From assembly GCA_015233405.1 (NCBI GenBank), contig JADFXT010000001.1:18238-82237 (forward strand): DNA of 64,000 bases, read 5' to 3'. The notes beneath the pieces are model-generated. The model was not told where the DNA came from, made no database searches, and saw only the letters and a list, made by a program, of their open reading frames with translations. Shown here piece by piece: positions 45,344 through 55,549 of this stretch. Source of the DNA: Candidatus Omnitrophota bacterium (lineage in GTDB: Bacteria; Omnitrophota; Gorgyraeia; Zapsychrales; Zapsychraceae). Made by a program: the position numbers and the translations under genes. The first letter of the stretch is position 1. Each line of letters starts with the position of its first letter.

Positions 45344-47128
45344 ATGATTCTAAAAAATAAAAAGGGAATGGCTCTTATTTTGGGGTTGTTTCTTTTGACC
45401 CTGCTGATGGGCTTTGCTACCTTGCTTGTTTTGCGGACCGTCAACGAGAATAAGATCGCCACTTTGGAACGCAATATGAACAAGGCTCTTTATCTCGCCG
45501 AAGCCGGAACGCAAAAAGGCCTTTATGAACTGAGTGGCCTTATTAATACTCATGTCAGGAAAACGGCTATGGACGCTACTCCGAATACTTTTGTCAATAC
45601 GACGGAAACCAAAGTCACGCAAAAGGACAATATCGGGTGGCTTTTTACCTATAGTTTCGACGGGCAGACGCAGTTATTGACCAAAAGCGGCTCAAATTTG
45701 ATTTATCCTCTGGGCAGCACAAATTTTGGTGACGGAACGTATCAGATCAATATCGTTATTTCCAAGAAGCCTGTGGGAGGAGATCCTATTACGGTCAAGG
45801 CCCACGAAAAATGGAAATTTCCTTACGCTTTTACGATCCAATCAACAGGGACTGTTGCGGGTGTCACGAGGAAAGTCAAGATTAGCGGAGATTTTACCGT
45901 TAATCCTCAGAAAGATAATTTTGCCAAGTATGCGTTATTTACCGACCACCAATATCTTCCCGGATCTCAGGATCCCAACCAAGTTGCTAACAGGGTTTGG
46001 TTTAACAAAAATACCTTTTTTACCGGACCGATGCACTCTAATGACCAATTTAATTTTGCCGGCAATCCCGGTCCTGTTTTTTATAATGATTTAACTCACC
46101 CGGAAATAGAAGTCGACATGACCCAGCATTTAAGTAAGGCATGGTTTTATAATAATAACAACAAGGCTTTTCAAGCCGATGCGTCTAGCAATCTTCAGAT
46201 CGACACCCCGGTATTTTATTCGACGTATACGCGAGGCGAGGATCTTATTAATTTGGAATCTTCTATTCAGAAGGCGGACCTGTCCACGCAAGCTACTTAC
46301 GGGGGCGGGAATGTTAATAATAACGGTATTTATATTCCCAATGATGGGACGAAAGTCACCGGAGGAATTTATATCAACCGGAAGACTGGAAACAATTTTG
46401 TGAGTATCCAAATGGCTGCGGATAATAATGGCAAGGCGACGTATACTGTCGTAGAAAATGGAACAACAAAGAACATCATTGTTGATACGGTTAATAAAAC
46501 AACAAAAATTACGCAGTCTGGGAAGTCGGATATAAACTTAACCGGTATGCCCAACGGCAAGGATGGAGTTGGCGTGATTATTTATGCCCAAGGACAAATA
46601 GACAGTTTGTCAGGAACGGTTCAAAAAAATTCCCAAGTTACTATTTCCGGAGATTCGGATATCATTATTACAAATCATATTCAATATCAGGTTTGTACGG
46701 CTTCTTCCGGGACTTTAGGACAGGCAGGATATATCCCACCGCATGTGGATATGGATGAAGCCAGTAATCTTTTAGGAATATTGTCTTGGGGCGGCAATAT
46801 TCGTATAGGCACGACAGCTCCGGATAATCTTAATGTTCAGGCCATCCTTATGGCTAGAAATGGCATTGTTGCCGTCGATAATTATGATGATCAAAATGTT
46901 GGCCCGCGAGGAACTGTGAATTTATTAGGAGGGGTTATTTCGGATTTTTATGGCGCATTTAATACGTTTAATAATAGTGGGCTTGTATCCGGTTACGGGC
47001 GGAATTTTAATTACGATGACCGCACATTGCTCGGCCAGTCGCCGCCCTATTTTCCATCGCTAAATACTTTTATAGCTTATACGACCGATATTGCGGATAA
47101 GCTGGTTTGGCAAGAAGGAGGATTCTAA
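45344..47128 (+). CDS. Large PilX-like minor pilin (DUF4900-like), paralog of 25099..26790
   Basis: KKG|MALI and ALYLAEAG motifs; C-terminal GYGRNFNYDDRTLLG..PPYFP..WQEGGF. Confidence 0.8.
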   Translation: MILKNKKGMALILGLFLLTLLMGFATLLVLRTVNENKIATLERNMNKALYLAEAGTQKGLYELSGLINTHVRKTAMDATPNTFVNTTETKVTQKDNIGWLFTYSFDGQTQLLTKSGSNLIYPLGSTNFGDGTYQINIVISKKPVGGDPITVKAHEKWKFPYAFTIQSTGTVAGVTRKVKISGDFTVNPQKDNFAKYALFTDHQYLPGSQDPNQVANRVWFNKNTFFTGPMHSNDQFNFAGNPGPVFYNDLTHPEIEVDMTQHLSKAWFYNNNNKAFQADASSNLQIDTPVFYSTYTRGEDLINLESSIQKADLSTQATYGGGNVNNNGIYIPNDGTKVTGGIYINRKTGNNFVSIQMAADNNGKATYTVVENGTTKNIIVDTVNKTTKITQSGKSDINLTGMPNGKDGVGVIIYAQGQIDSLSGTVQKNSQVTISGDSDIIITNHIQYQVCTASSGTLGQAGYIPPHVDMDEASNLLGILSWGGNIRIGTTAPDNLNVQAILMARNGIVAVDNYDDQNVGPRGTVNLLGGVISDFYGAFNTFNNSGLVSGYGRNFNYDDRTLLGQSPPYFPSLNTFIAYTTDIADKLVWQEGGF

Positions 47129-47460
47129 TGGATGGCCAAAAGAAAATGTTTATTGTTTTTGGCATTGTGATCCTTATCTTTGTCGGTATTATATTGATCA
47201 ATCAAAATATCGAGAAGGAATTGAATCAATCTTCGGAGAAAAAATCCGGACCAGCGCAGAATGTGTTGTCTGAGAAAGTTATTGTGCCCAATTCGGCGCA
47301 ATCGCAAAAGAGTCGTCTAGATCAAGATTCAACAGCGCCTTCTTCAGAGAACGCTATTTCGGGTTCTTCGGAAGAAAACCGCCCAAATCAGGATAATAAA
47401 AAAATCAGTTATGGAATGCCACTTCCTGGTATGGTTTTGTTTTGCTATAATAAGTATTGA
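47128..47460 (+). CDS. Small single-TM protein with an S/Q/N-rich tail
   Basis: TAATG coupling to the previous gene; N-terminal TM FIVFGIVILIFVGIILI. Confidence 0.6.
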   Translation: MDGQKKMFIVFGIVILIFVGIILINQNIEKELNQSSEKKSGPAQNVLSEKVIVPNSAQSQKSRLDQDSTAPSSENAISGSSEENRPNQDNKKISYGMPLPGMVLFCYNKY

Positions 47461-47513
47461 TAGAGAAAAGGGAAAGTAAGACGAGTTAGCTTTTTAACTA
47501 TAGGACGGCAAAT

Positions 47514-47936
47514 ATGATAAATTTTAGGAATAAAAAAGGATTTACCCTGATAGAGTTGCTTGCGGCAGCTGCGATCTTCGTGTTCGCGATGTCTGCGATA
47601 ATACTTTTTTTTATAAGCTGTGCGTTCCTTAATCAAGCCAATCGCAATAAAAGCATGGCCACGATTCATGCGGAGTTTGTCGCCGAAGACATCATGCAAT
47701 ACATGAGGAACAATTCCCTCGCTTCTTTTGAACAGGGGATTGCGGCGTGGAATTGGAATAATTCGACAATAGCTTCTAAATGTTCAACTGTTATCAATGA
47801 TAGTGAATATATCGTAACTTCTTACAAGACACCCGTCACAGATCCGTTAGATATCACTGTTACGGTTAAATGGAAAGATAGCGCACAACTTAATGAAAGG
47901 AACATATCATTAAAAACTTTAATTTCAAAACGATGA
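47514..47936 (+). CDS. Minor pilin (PilV-like)
   Basis: KKG|FTLIELL prepilin motif. Confidence 0.82.
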   Translation: MINFRNKKGFTLIELLAAAAIFVFAMSAIILFFISCAFLNQANRNKSMATIHAEFVAEDIMQYMRNNSLASFEQGIAAWNWNNSTIASKCSTVINDSEYIVTSYKTPVTDPLDITVTVKWKDSAQLNERNISLKTLISKR

Positions 47937-48391
47937 AAGGTTTTACTTTATTTGAGGTGTTGATTACAACGGTGATTTTTGCCTTTGTCGCCGGAGGTAT
48001 ATATGGCATCCTGGTCATTGCCACAAGCAATTATGATGCTGAAGAGGCTTCGCTGAATCTTCAGCGGCAGGCAAGGCAAGGGATGAATTGGCTGGTCAGG
48101 GACGTAAGGCAAGCGTATTTATCGACAATACCCAATAAGACGCAAAGCAGGAGTAGCATTGCTTTTGATATTCCCGGTGAGACGGGTATTACATATTCTA
48201 TCGTGGCGGGTCAGCTGGTGCGTAAAGGTGTGGTCGTGGCGAATAATATCACAAGTTTGACTTTTGCTCCGATTGTTGGGAATAATATTCAAAAGATCAC
48301 ATTGGAGGCGAGTAAAGATTTACGTTTGCTTGGAAAGATTCAGACACCTAAATTTTCCTTAACTGAACAAGTACAGATAAGGAACCAATAA
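47933..48391 (+). CDS. Minor pilin (PilW-like)
   Basis: MKG|FTLFEVL and LVRDVRQA motifs. Confidence 0.82.
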   Translation: MKGFTLFEVLITTVIFAFVAGGIYGILVIATSNYDAEEASLNLQRQARQGMNWLVRDVRQAYLSTIPNKTQSRSSIAFDIPGETGITYSIVAGQLVRKGVVVANNITSLTFAPIVGNNIQKITLEASKDLRLLGKIQTPKFSLTEQVQIRNQ

Positions 48392-48394
48392 CCT

Positions 48395-49426
48395 ATGAAT
48401 AAACGTGGAGCAGCTCTCATCATTTGTCTTTTGGTCATTGTAACTTTGGTTATTTTAGTTGCGGCATCTCTTCAGCGCAGCATCTCTGAGCGAAGTGTTG
48501 CCGCTAAATATCTTGATTCAGCTCAGGCGCTTTGGTTGGCTGAATCCGGTCTGAACAAAGCCATTGTCCAATTAAGGAGTAACTATACTAATTTAGCAGC
48601 TATACCTCTTGCGTCTTTAGCCATGGACGATGCTTCCGTGGTAGGAGAATATTCTGCGACAATAACCTCTAGCGATACAAGCCGAACAGTGACGGCCCAT
48701 GGTTTTGTCCCTTCGAGTGCCGCGACGGTTAAGTCAGAACGTGTTGTACAAGCGATCATAAACAGAAAAATTCCGGCAGGATTTTATGATTATGCGATCT
48801 ATGCTGCAGGAAACTTAGAGGAAAAAGGTAATGTCGTCGGCGGGGTTATTTATGGAGGGACAGCGAGTGGTGGCTTTAAAGATCCTCAGCCAACGGTAGT
48901 GACGCCGGACCCTTCTATCAATCCTTTGGCTTTACTTGATTTTGACCAGATAAAGACTTTAAGTAAGAACCAGGGGAATTATCATAGCGTAGCAAAAAAT
49001 TGTACTAACAATAAAGGTCAAGCAGCAGCATGTGCTCCTGCTTATCCTACATCCTTTTGGTATGATGCGGTTAATAAGATCCCCAATGTTGTCTTTTTAG
49101 AGGATGAGGATTTTACCGTTTCAGGAAACGCCACCTATGGCGGTTTTATTGTGGTGGGCGGAGGAGGAGTGACTTACGATGCCACGATAAATGGAACTGT
49201 AAGTATAGACGGTTGTATCTATACGCGGGGTGATTTTACCATTAATGGCGGTGGGCATGGAGACAAAAACGCGCAGGGACTTAATTTGAATAACATTTGG
49301 GTCGGTGGAACCACGACCTTAGGCGGGAGTTCCGTGTTTATTTATAGAAAAGATTATGCGGATGCCATAAAAGCTTTAAATATAAATCCGGATGTTCAGA
49401 TTACATCTTGGAAGGAGGTATTATAA
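48395..49426 (+). CDS. PilX-like minor pilin (shorter, distinct C-domain)
   Basis: KRG|AALI and ALWLAESG motifs; C-terminal ITSWKE. Confidence 0.8.
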   Translation: MNKRGAALIICLLVIVTLVILVAASLQRSISERSVAAKYLDSAQALWLAESGLNKAIVQLRSNYTNLAAIPLASLAMDDASVVGEYSATITSSDTSRTVTAHGFVPSSAATVKSERVVQAIINRKIPAGFYDYAIYAAGNLEEKGNVVGGVIYGGTASGGFKDPQPTVVTPDPSINPLALLDFDQIKTLSKNQGNYHSVAKNCTNNKGQAAACAPAYPTSFWYDAVNKIPNVVFLEDEDFTVSGNATYGGFIVVGGGGVTYDATINGTVSIDGCIYTRGDFTINGGGHGDKNAQGLNLNNIWVGGTTTLGGSSVFIYRKDYADAIKALNINPDVQITSWKEVL

Positions 49427-49427
49427 A

Positions 49428-49877
49428 ATGGAAAAGAAAGGTTTTACTCTTGTTGAAGTGATGATCGTTATTGCCCTTATCGCGATATTGACATGTATTG
49501 CTATTCCTAATTTATTGCGTTCTCGTTTAAACGCAAATGAACGTTATGCGACTTCTAATGTTCAAACAATTTCAGTCGCTGCTCAAACATATTGGTCTGT
49601 TAAGAATGTTTTACCTTCCACTTTACTGCAGCTGAACGCTGAAGGTTTACTTGATGGTTCCTTAGGCTGTGCCTCGCAGCCCTGCATTAAGAACGGGTAT
49701 AAATATTACATGGGAGGGTCTGGTCTGAGGACTGACTTTTTTATTTATACCATTCCCCAGACGTCCAACGATGGCGTGCAATCTTTTTGTGCTGGCTCGG
49801 ATGGCGTGACAAGGGTAAGCGCTACGGGTGAAACTCCAGCCAATCAGGCAGCGTGTAACGCGTGGGGTTCTCTCTAA
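49428..49877 (+). CDS. Type IV pilin paralog of 43409..43828
   Basis: KKG|FTLVEVMIVIALIAILTCIAIPNLLR; AAGGAGG ribosome-binding site before the ATG at 49428. Confidence 0.88.
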   Translation: MEKKGFTLVEVMIVIALIAILTCIAIPNLLRSRLNANERYATSNVQTISVAAQTYWSVKNVLPSTLLQLNAEGLLDGSLGCASQPCIKNGYKYYMGGSGLRTDFFIYTIPQTSNDGVQSFCAGSDGVTRVSATGETPANQAACNAWGSL

Positions 49878-50065
49878 AAACAGCACATAACGTTTTTTAT
49901 TATCGAAATCTTCTTTGAAAAAACGTTTCTATGATTTTCTTCAAAAAAGCTGCCAAAACAGGATAATAAAAAAATCATTTACGGATTCCTATTAAAAGGT
50001 ATAATTCTGGTACAATAATAATATTATTTAAATATATTAAATAGTAATAAGGAAAACTGAGAGAA

Positions 50066-51130
50066 GTGCATATTCTTCTGGAGAATTATTTTAAATTTAT
50101 TAAACGGTTGATTCCACATAAAACCGGCGGGATTTCTGTGGGATTAGATATCGGCCCGGCTGAGTGTAAGCTGGTGGCGATCAGCAAGAATAATAATTCT
50201 TTCGAGCTCAAAGATCTGATGGTCGAGCCTGTTTCTGGTGGGAATATTAATCAGACCATTGGAAAAATTTTAAAAAGAATAAAATATCCTTATCAGACCC
50301 TGTATACCGCCGTCTCCGGACGAGGGACGTTAATTCGTTATATTGATATGCCGAGAATGTCTTTTGACGAGCTTTTAATGTCTTTTGATATTGAGGCAGA
50401 TAAATATTTTCCATTTCCGCGAGACCAGATCTATTCAGATTGTTATATTTTAGATCCCCAGGGCAAAGGGAAACAAATGTCTGTCATGATCGCTGCTTCC
50501 CGTCGGGAAATGATCGACCAGAGAATGAAACTTTTATCCGAGCTGGGCATTCAGGCGGATTTTATCGGAATCAATCCCGTGGCCTTAACGAATGCTTTTA
50601 ATGTTTTGGGTTTTAACGAAGAAAAAGAGGTTAAATCGGCGACCGCCGTAGCTTTATTGGATATGGGAGAGTCGGTTAGCACGCTCACGATTTTAGTGGA
50701 TAAGTTGCCGCGATTTACCAGAGATATCTTTATCGGCGGGCAAGATTTTACGAAGAAAATCAGTAATGCGTTGGGCGTGAGTTTTGACGAAGCAGAAAAG
50801 TTGAAAAGCAATCCTAATAAGGAAAATGAGGAAAAAATTCTTGCCGCTTGCGAAGATGCCCTTATGAATATGGGCTTAGAAATCAAACTTTCCTTTGATT
50901 ATTTCTCCACGGAAAAAAATACGGATATTTCTTACTTGCTTTTAACCGGCGGGGCTTCTTTGCTAAAAGGGATCCCGGAATTCTTTCAGAAAAAGCTCGA
51001 TGTTAAAGTGAGCTTGTGGGATCCGCTCAGTCGCATAGTTCTTTCAAAGGACCTGCCCATTAAGGAAGCTCAGGAAAAATCTCTCACATTAGGAGTGGCG
51101 TTAGGATTAGCCTTTTACGATTATGATTGA
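50066..51130 (+). CDS. pilM: Type IV pilus assembly protein PilM
   Basis: VGLDIG, LLDMG, FTRDIFIGG, LLTGG and ALGLA motifs. Confidence 0.92.
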   Translation: MHILLENYFKFIKRLIPHKTGGISVGLDIGPAECKLVAISKNNNSFELKDLMVEPVSGGNINQTIGKILKRIKYPYQTLYTAVSGRGTLIRYIDMPRMSFDELLMSFDIEADKYFPFPRDQIYSDCYILDPQGKGKQMSVMIAASRREMIDQRMKLLSELGIQADFIGINPVALTNAFNVLGFNEEKEVKSATAVALLDMGESVSTLTILVDKLPRFTRDIFIGGQDFTKKISNALGVSFDEAEKLKSNPNKENEEKILAACEDALMNMGLEIKLSFDYFSTEKNTDISYLLLTGGASLLKGIPEFFQKKLDVKVSLWDPLSRIVLSKDLPIKEAQEKSLTLGVALGLAFYDYD

Positions 51131-51725
51131 GATTAATTTAGTTCCTAAAGATTTAAGAAAAAAAAGAAAAGCTCCCCTTTGGGGCGGGAATGATGTCCCC
51201 ATGGAGGTTGTTTTCGGGTCTTTGGGCGCAGGATTATTTCTTCTGATTGTGATACATCTGGTGTTTATTGGGGTCAATATGGGGAGACTTACCTATTACA
51301 AAGCTCTTCAGAAAGATTGGGAAAAGATCCAGCCTGAGCAAAAAGAAATCGACGATATCTTCAATGAAAAAAGTGTTTTAGACACCCAGTATCAGAAGAT
51401 CCAGGGTCTTATCGGCGGTAAAAAAAGAATATTCTGGTTTCAGAAATTAAATATTTTAAGCGATGCGCTGCCCAAGGGGGTGTGGTTGACAGAGCTCGAA
51501 ATGAATATAAATCAGTTTATGATTAAAGGGAGCGCCATTGCTCGTCAGGATACGGAAATGACCAATGTGCACAGTCTGTTCTCAAGCCTGAAGAACGACG
51601 CTGTTTTTACAGACCAGTTAGGCCAGTTGGATTTAAGTTCCATTAAGAAACGGATGATCGGCAGCACGGAAGTCGCGGATTTTCTGATTGATGTGGAGTT
51701 CAAAAAAAATGACAGACCTAAATAA
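51123..51725 (+). CDS. pilN: PilN
   Basis: MIEINLVP N-terminal motif, TM, LPKGVWL. Confidence 0.88.
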   Translation: MIEINLVPKDLRKKRKAPLWGGNDVPMEVVFGSLGAGLFLLIVIHLVFIGVNMGRLTYYKALQKDWEKIQPEQKEIDDIFNEKSVLDTQYQKIQGLIGGKKRIFWFQKLNILSDALPKGVWLTELEMNINQFMIKGSAIARQDTEMTNVHSLFSSLKNDAVFTDQLGQLDLSSIKKRMIGSTEVADFLIDVEFKKNDRPK

Positions 51726-52305
51726 ATATATCGAACAATTTCAAGATCTGGATATTAAAAAAAGATACATTATCTTTTTTGTTGTCTTACTGATTCTTCT
51801 TTTTCTGGATATCTTTGTTTTGATGCGTCCGCAGATTGTGTATTTAGGAAAAATTAATAAGAACATCAAGATGCAGATGAGGAAGAATGCAGAATCGCGG
51901 TCTAATATCAGCAAAAAAGCGGACATCAAAAAACAAGAGGAAGATTTTAAGCTAAAAGTTCAGCAAGCTCAATTACAAGTGATCCCGAAAGATGAAGTTC
52001 CATTTCTGCTGGAGATCATTTCCAAAATAGCTGAAAAAAGCGCGTTAAACGTCGACCAGATTGTGCCACACCCGGAAGATTTAAAGCTTTTATTGGATGA
52101 TAAAACGAAAAAATATTATACCCTGGCTATTTCAGTTAAAGCGACGGGCGGTTATCATAATTTTGGAAAGTTTCTCAATGGGCTCGAGAATCACGAACGG
52201 TATTTTGATATCGCTGAATTTTCTTTAAAACCCGCTTTAGATTCCCGGATTTTGAGTCTTCAATTAACTTTAAATATCATTGTTTATGAAGAGGTCAAGA
52301 AATGA
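51709..52305 (+). CDS. pilO: PilO
   Basis: TM, IP..EVPFLL and GGYHNFGKFL..LEN motifs; position in the operon. Confidence 0.85.
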   Translation: MTDLNKYIEQFQDLDIKKRYIIFFVVLLILLFLDIFVLMRPQIVYLGKINKNIKMQMRKNAESRSNISKKADIKKQEEDFKLKVQQAQLQVIPKDEVPFLLEIISKIAEKSALNVDQIVPHPEDLKLLLDDKTKKYYTLAISVKATGGYHNFGKFLNGLENHERYFDIAEFSLKPALDSRILSLQLTLNIIVYEEVKK

Positions 52306-52673
52306 AATCCGTCTTAAGATATTTAATGATAATGTTGCTTATAGGGGCGATGGCGGGAGCTGTTTATGCTCAACAACAAAATGGGGAAGCCAAATTTGTT
52401 TACGATGACCATAGCAAACGAGATCCCTTTTGGACCCTCGTTAAGAATGACGGGTCTATCATCAATTATGATAATGATTTCTTGATCACGGATTTGGTTC
52501 TCGAAGGTGTTACCTTAGGGGCTTCTGGGAAAAATTTTGCAATCATTAATGATAAGGTTGTTAAAGAGAAAGATATTATCGGGCAATTTACGGTCTTAAA
52601 AATCGAAAAGAACCGCGTTGTCCTTGAAAAAGAAAACCAAGAGTTCTCTCTTTATTTAAAAAAGGAGGAGTAA
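52302..52673 (+). CDS. pilP: PilP-like protein
   Basis: KRDPF motif and LEGV..AIIN; lies between pilO and pilQ. Confidence 0.7.
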   Translation: MKSVLRYLMIMLLIGAMAGAVYAQQQNGEAKFVYDDHSKRDPFWTLVKNDGSIINYDNDFLITDLVLEGVTLGASGKNFAIINDKVVKEKDIIGQFTVLKIEKNRVVLEKENQEFSLYLKKEE

Positions 52674-52674
52674 T

Positions 52675-54060
52675 ATGGTTCGCAGGATCATGGTCGCTGT
52701 TTTAGTGTTAACTTTTATATCCGGACAAGTTTTTGCGCAGCAGGCAGCTGCTCCGCAGGCCTCGGCCCAACAGGCCTCTGAGCCCCAGGAAGTGAAGACA
52801 GATGTCACTTCGACCAAGGAAGGCTATGTGAGCCTGGATTTTCAGGATGCGAATATTAGAAATGTTTTGGAAATCCTTGCTTTAAAAAGCGGCGTTAATA
52901 TTGTCGCAAGCCCTGAAGTCAAAGGGACCATTACGCTTCGGCTTAATGATGTTCCTTGGCAGGATGCGCTGGATGTGATCTTGCAGACCTATGGCTATGC
53001 CTTTGAGAAAAAAGGCAATGTCATTGTTGTGTCGACGGTGACAGAATTAAAGAAGCGCCGTGAAGATACACAAACTTTATCCGAGCAGGAAGCCGTGGTT
53101 ACAAAAACATTTACGTTAAATTTTGCCAAAGCAGCTAAGGTCGTTGAATCGATAGGGAAAATGAAATCTACCCACGGCAATATTGATTTTGATGAGAGAA
53201 CCAATACGGTGATTATTACGGATGCGGTCAGTAAAGTTGATTTGATGGGCTCTGTAATTAGAAAGTTGGATTCGACAACGCCTCAAGTGAGCATTGAAGC
53301 GAAGATCGTTGAAACAACTTTTACGGATGCAGAAAATTTTGGTATCGATTGGGCAGCGCAGATCACGGCGGGCGGCGCTAAACGGCCGATTGTTTTCCCG
53401 TTTGGAAAACGTGGCGATGCTGATTTGAGCCTTACGGCCCCTAATGCTTTTCCGGGGACGGATACCACCACAACAGCCGCCAATACGCAGTTTTCTTACG
53501 GAACGTTGGATTTTACAAAGTTACAAGCGGTCTTTCAGATGCTCAAAACAAAATCAGATACAAACATTCTTTCTAACCCAAGGATCGTGACTTTGGATAA
53601 TCAAACGGCCACGATCAAAGTCGGGGAGCAGTATCCGATTCCGCAGTATACCTATAATGAACAGCAGGCAACTTTACAGATTTCCGGGTGGGAATATAAA
53701 GATGTTGGAATTATTTTTGATGTGACCCCGCATGTCAATGATGCCGGGTTTGTGACCTTGGACGTTGAGCCCAAGATCACAGCAATCACGACATTTGTAA
53801 CCGTCGAGAATACGTCGGTCCCGCGGTTAAGTAATGAGTCCGCAAAAACAAGCGTTGTGATCAAAGAAGGAGAGACCTTGGTCATTGGAGGATTGCTAAA
53901 GAATCAGACGACAGATACCAAGAAAAAAGTGCCTCTTTTGGGGGACATCCCCATTGTCGGTCTTGCTTTCCAGAAAAAGGAGAAGTCGGTTACAAAGACA
54001 GATCTGTTGATCTTTATTACCCCACATATTGTAACTCCTCAAATTCCGACGGGTTCTTAA
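52675..54060 (+). CDS. pilQ: Secretin PilQ (short, no AMIN repeats)
   Basis: SLDFQDA, DERTNTVII, PQVSIEAKIVE, SNPRIVTLDN, KVPLLGDIP and LLIFITPHIV motifs. Confidence 0.93.
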   Translation: MVRRIMVAVLVLTFISGQVFAQQAAAPQASAQQASEPQEVKTDVTSTKEGYVSLDFQDANIRNVLEILALKSGVNIVASPEVKGTITLRLNDVPWQDALDVILQTYGYAFEKKGNVIVVSTVTELKKRREDTQTLSEQEAVVTKTFTLNFAKAAKVVESIGKMKSTHGNIDFDERTNTVIITDAVSKVDLMGSVIRKLDSTTPQVSIEAKIVETTFTDAENFGIDWAAQITAGGAKRPIVFPFGKRGDADLSLTAPNAFPGTDTTTTAANTQFSYGTLDFTKLQAVFQMLKTKSDTNILSNPRIVTLDNQTATIKVGEQYPIPQYTYNEQQATLQISGWEYKDVGIIFDVTPHVNDAGFVTLDVEPKITAITTFVTVENTSVPRLSNESAKTSVVIKEGETLVIGGLLKNQTTDTKKKVPLLGDIPIVGLAFQKKEKSVTKTDLLIFITPHIVTPQIPTGS

Positions 54061-54123
54061 AGTCTAGATCATCGTAAGGATGGAAGGGTCTTAAGCATTA
54101 TAAAAAAATTTTAAGGAGGGATT

Positions 54124-55437
54124 GTGTCACGAGAAATTCTAATTCAAACGCAAAAAGGTGAACGGCAGGTCGCCATTATCGAAAATGGCAAGATTGAAGA
54201 TTTTTATATTGAGCTGGACCGTTATCAGTCTTTATTAGGGAATATTTATAAGGGAAGAGTCGAGTCTATTTTACCGTCGATCAATGCAGCCTTTGTGAAT
54301 ATCGGCCAACCTAAGAATGGGTTTTTATATTTAACGGATATTGTTAATCCTCTGGTCGAAGAAGAGGTGTCCGGCCCACGGAACATTATCGAGAAAATTC
54401 TTGGGAAAGCATCTCCTAAGCCCAACAGGGCTCCGAAGGGAAGAAAGCCGGAAGACAAAATAAATTTACGTGTCGGTCAGGAGATCCTCGTTCAGGTGGT
54501 TAAAGATCCATTTGGCGATAAAGGGGCGCGTTTGACAACGCATTTGAGCCTTCCCGGGCGGTTTGTCGTCTATATGCCTTTTGACAAACAGACTGGGGTT
54601 TCTAAGAAAATCGACAGTAAGGAAGAGCGCCAACGGCTTCGAGAAGTGATCGATTTGTTTGGGTTCGTTAAGACGGGCGGTTTTATTGTCCGCACAGCGT
54701 CGCACAAGCAAGGCAAACGGGAGCTTATCCGTGATGCGCATTTTTTGTATGATATTTGGGTGAAAATTTATAAGAAAGCAGAACAGCAAAAAGCCCCCGC
54801 ACTTCTTTATGAAGAAGGCGAATTGACGTGGAAGATCGTCCGAGATTATTTAACGGAAAAAGTTGAACGGCTTATTATTGATACCGAAGAGGAATATATA
54901 CAAATCAAAAAATTTGTTAATACGCTTATCGGCAAGCACATGGTCGATAAGATTGAATATTATCAGGGCAAAGAGCCTTTGTTTGAGGCGAAACATGTCG
55001 CTAGTGAGCTCAAGAAAATTTATGACACGCATGTTTATTGCAAATCCGGGGCGTATGTCGTTATTGAGCGGACGGAAGGTTTAACGGTTGTGGATGTCAA
55101 CAGCGGTAAATTTAAGACTCATGCTTCGCCGGGAGAAGCGGCGTATATGGTCAATATGGAAGTGATCCCGGAAATTGCCCGACAGTTACGACTCAGAGAC
55201 TTAGGGGGAATTATTGTCATTGACTTTATTGATATGACGCATGAGTTTAACAAGCGCCGGGTTGTCGAACATTTACAGAGGGAATTATCGAAAGACCGGG
55301 CGAAAACAGAGGTTTATAAGATTTCTGCTTTAGGCCTGGTGGAAATGACCAGGGCTAGGACCGGAAAAGCCTTGGAATCGATTTCCTTTGGAAAATGTCC
55401 TTTTTGTTCAGGCCGCGGCCGCGTGCGGATTCCGTAA
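54124..55437 (+). CDS. rng: Ribonuclease G/E family endoribonuclease
   Basis: GNIYKGRV (S1), KGARLT, DVNSG, LRLRDLGGIIVIDFIDM and CPFCSG motifs. Confidence 0.92.
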   Translation: MSREILIQTQKGERQVAIIENGKIEDFYIELDRYQSLLGNIYKGRVESILPSINAAFVNIGQPKNGFLYLTDIVNPLVEEEVSGPRNIIEKILGKASPKPNRAPKGRKPEDKINLRVGQEILVQVVKDPFGDKGARLTTHLSLPGRFVVYMPFDKQTGVSKKIDSKEERQRLREVIDLFGFVKTGGFIVRTASHKQGKRELIRDAHFLYDIWVKIYKKAEQQKAPALLYEEGELTWKIVRDYLTEKVERLIIDTEEEYIQIKKFVNTLIGKHMVDKIEYYQGKEPLFEAKHVASELKKIYDTHVYCKSGAYVVIERTEGLTVVDVNSGKFKTHASPGEAAYMVNMEVIPEIARQLRLRDLGGIIVIDFIDMTHEFNKRRVVEHLQRELSKDRAKTEVYKISALGLVEMTRARTGKALESISFGKCPFCSGRGRVRIP

Positions 55438-55549
55438 GACAAATTTTCTTGTTGCAATATTTCATTTTGTGCATACAATGTTAACATTAGATTTTTGAGA
55501 GAATTAATATTATTTATTATTAAGAGTATTTCTTCAAGGAGGTTAAAAT

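Noticed and set aside
43409-49877. pilE/pilS-style antigenic variation between the pilin paralogs
   Set aside because: All copies are intact genes with their own starts, and their 5' regions differ at many synonymous sites, so there is no sign of silent cassettes or recent conversion.
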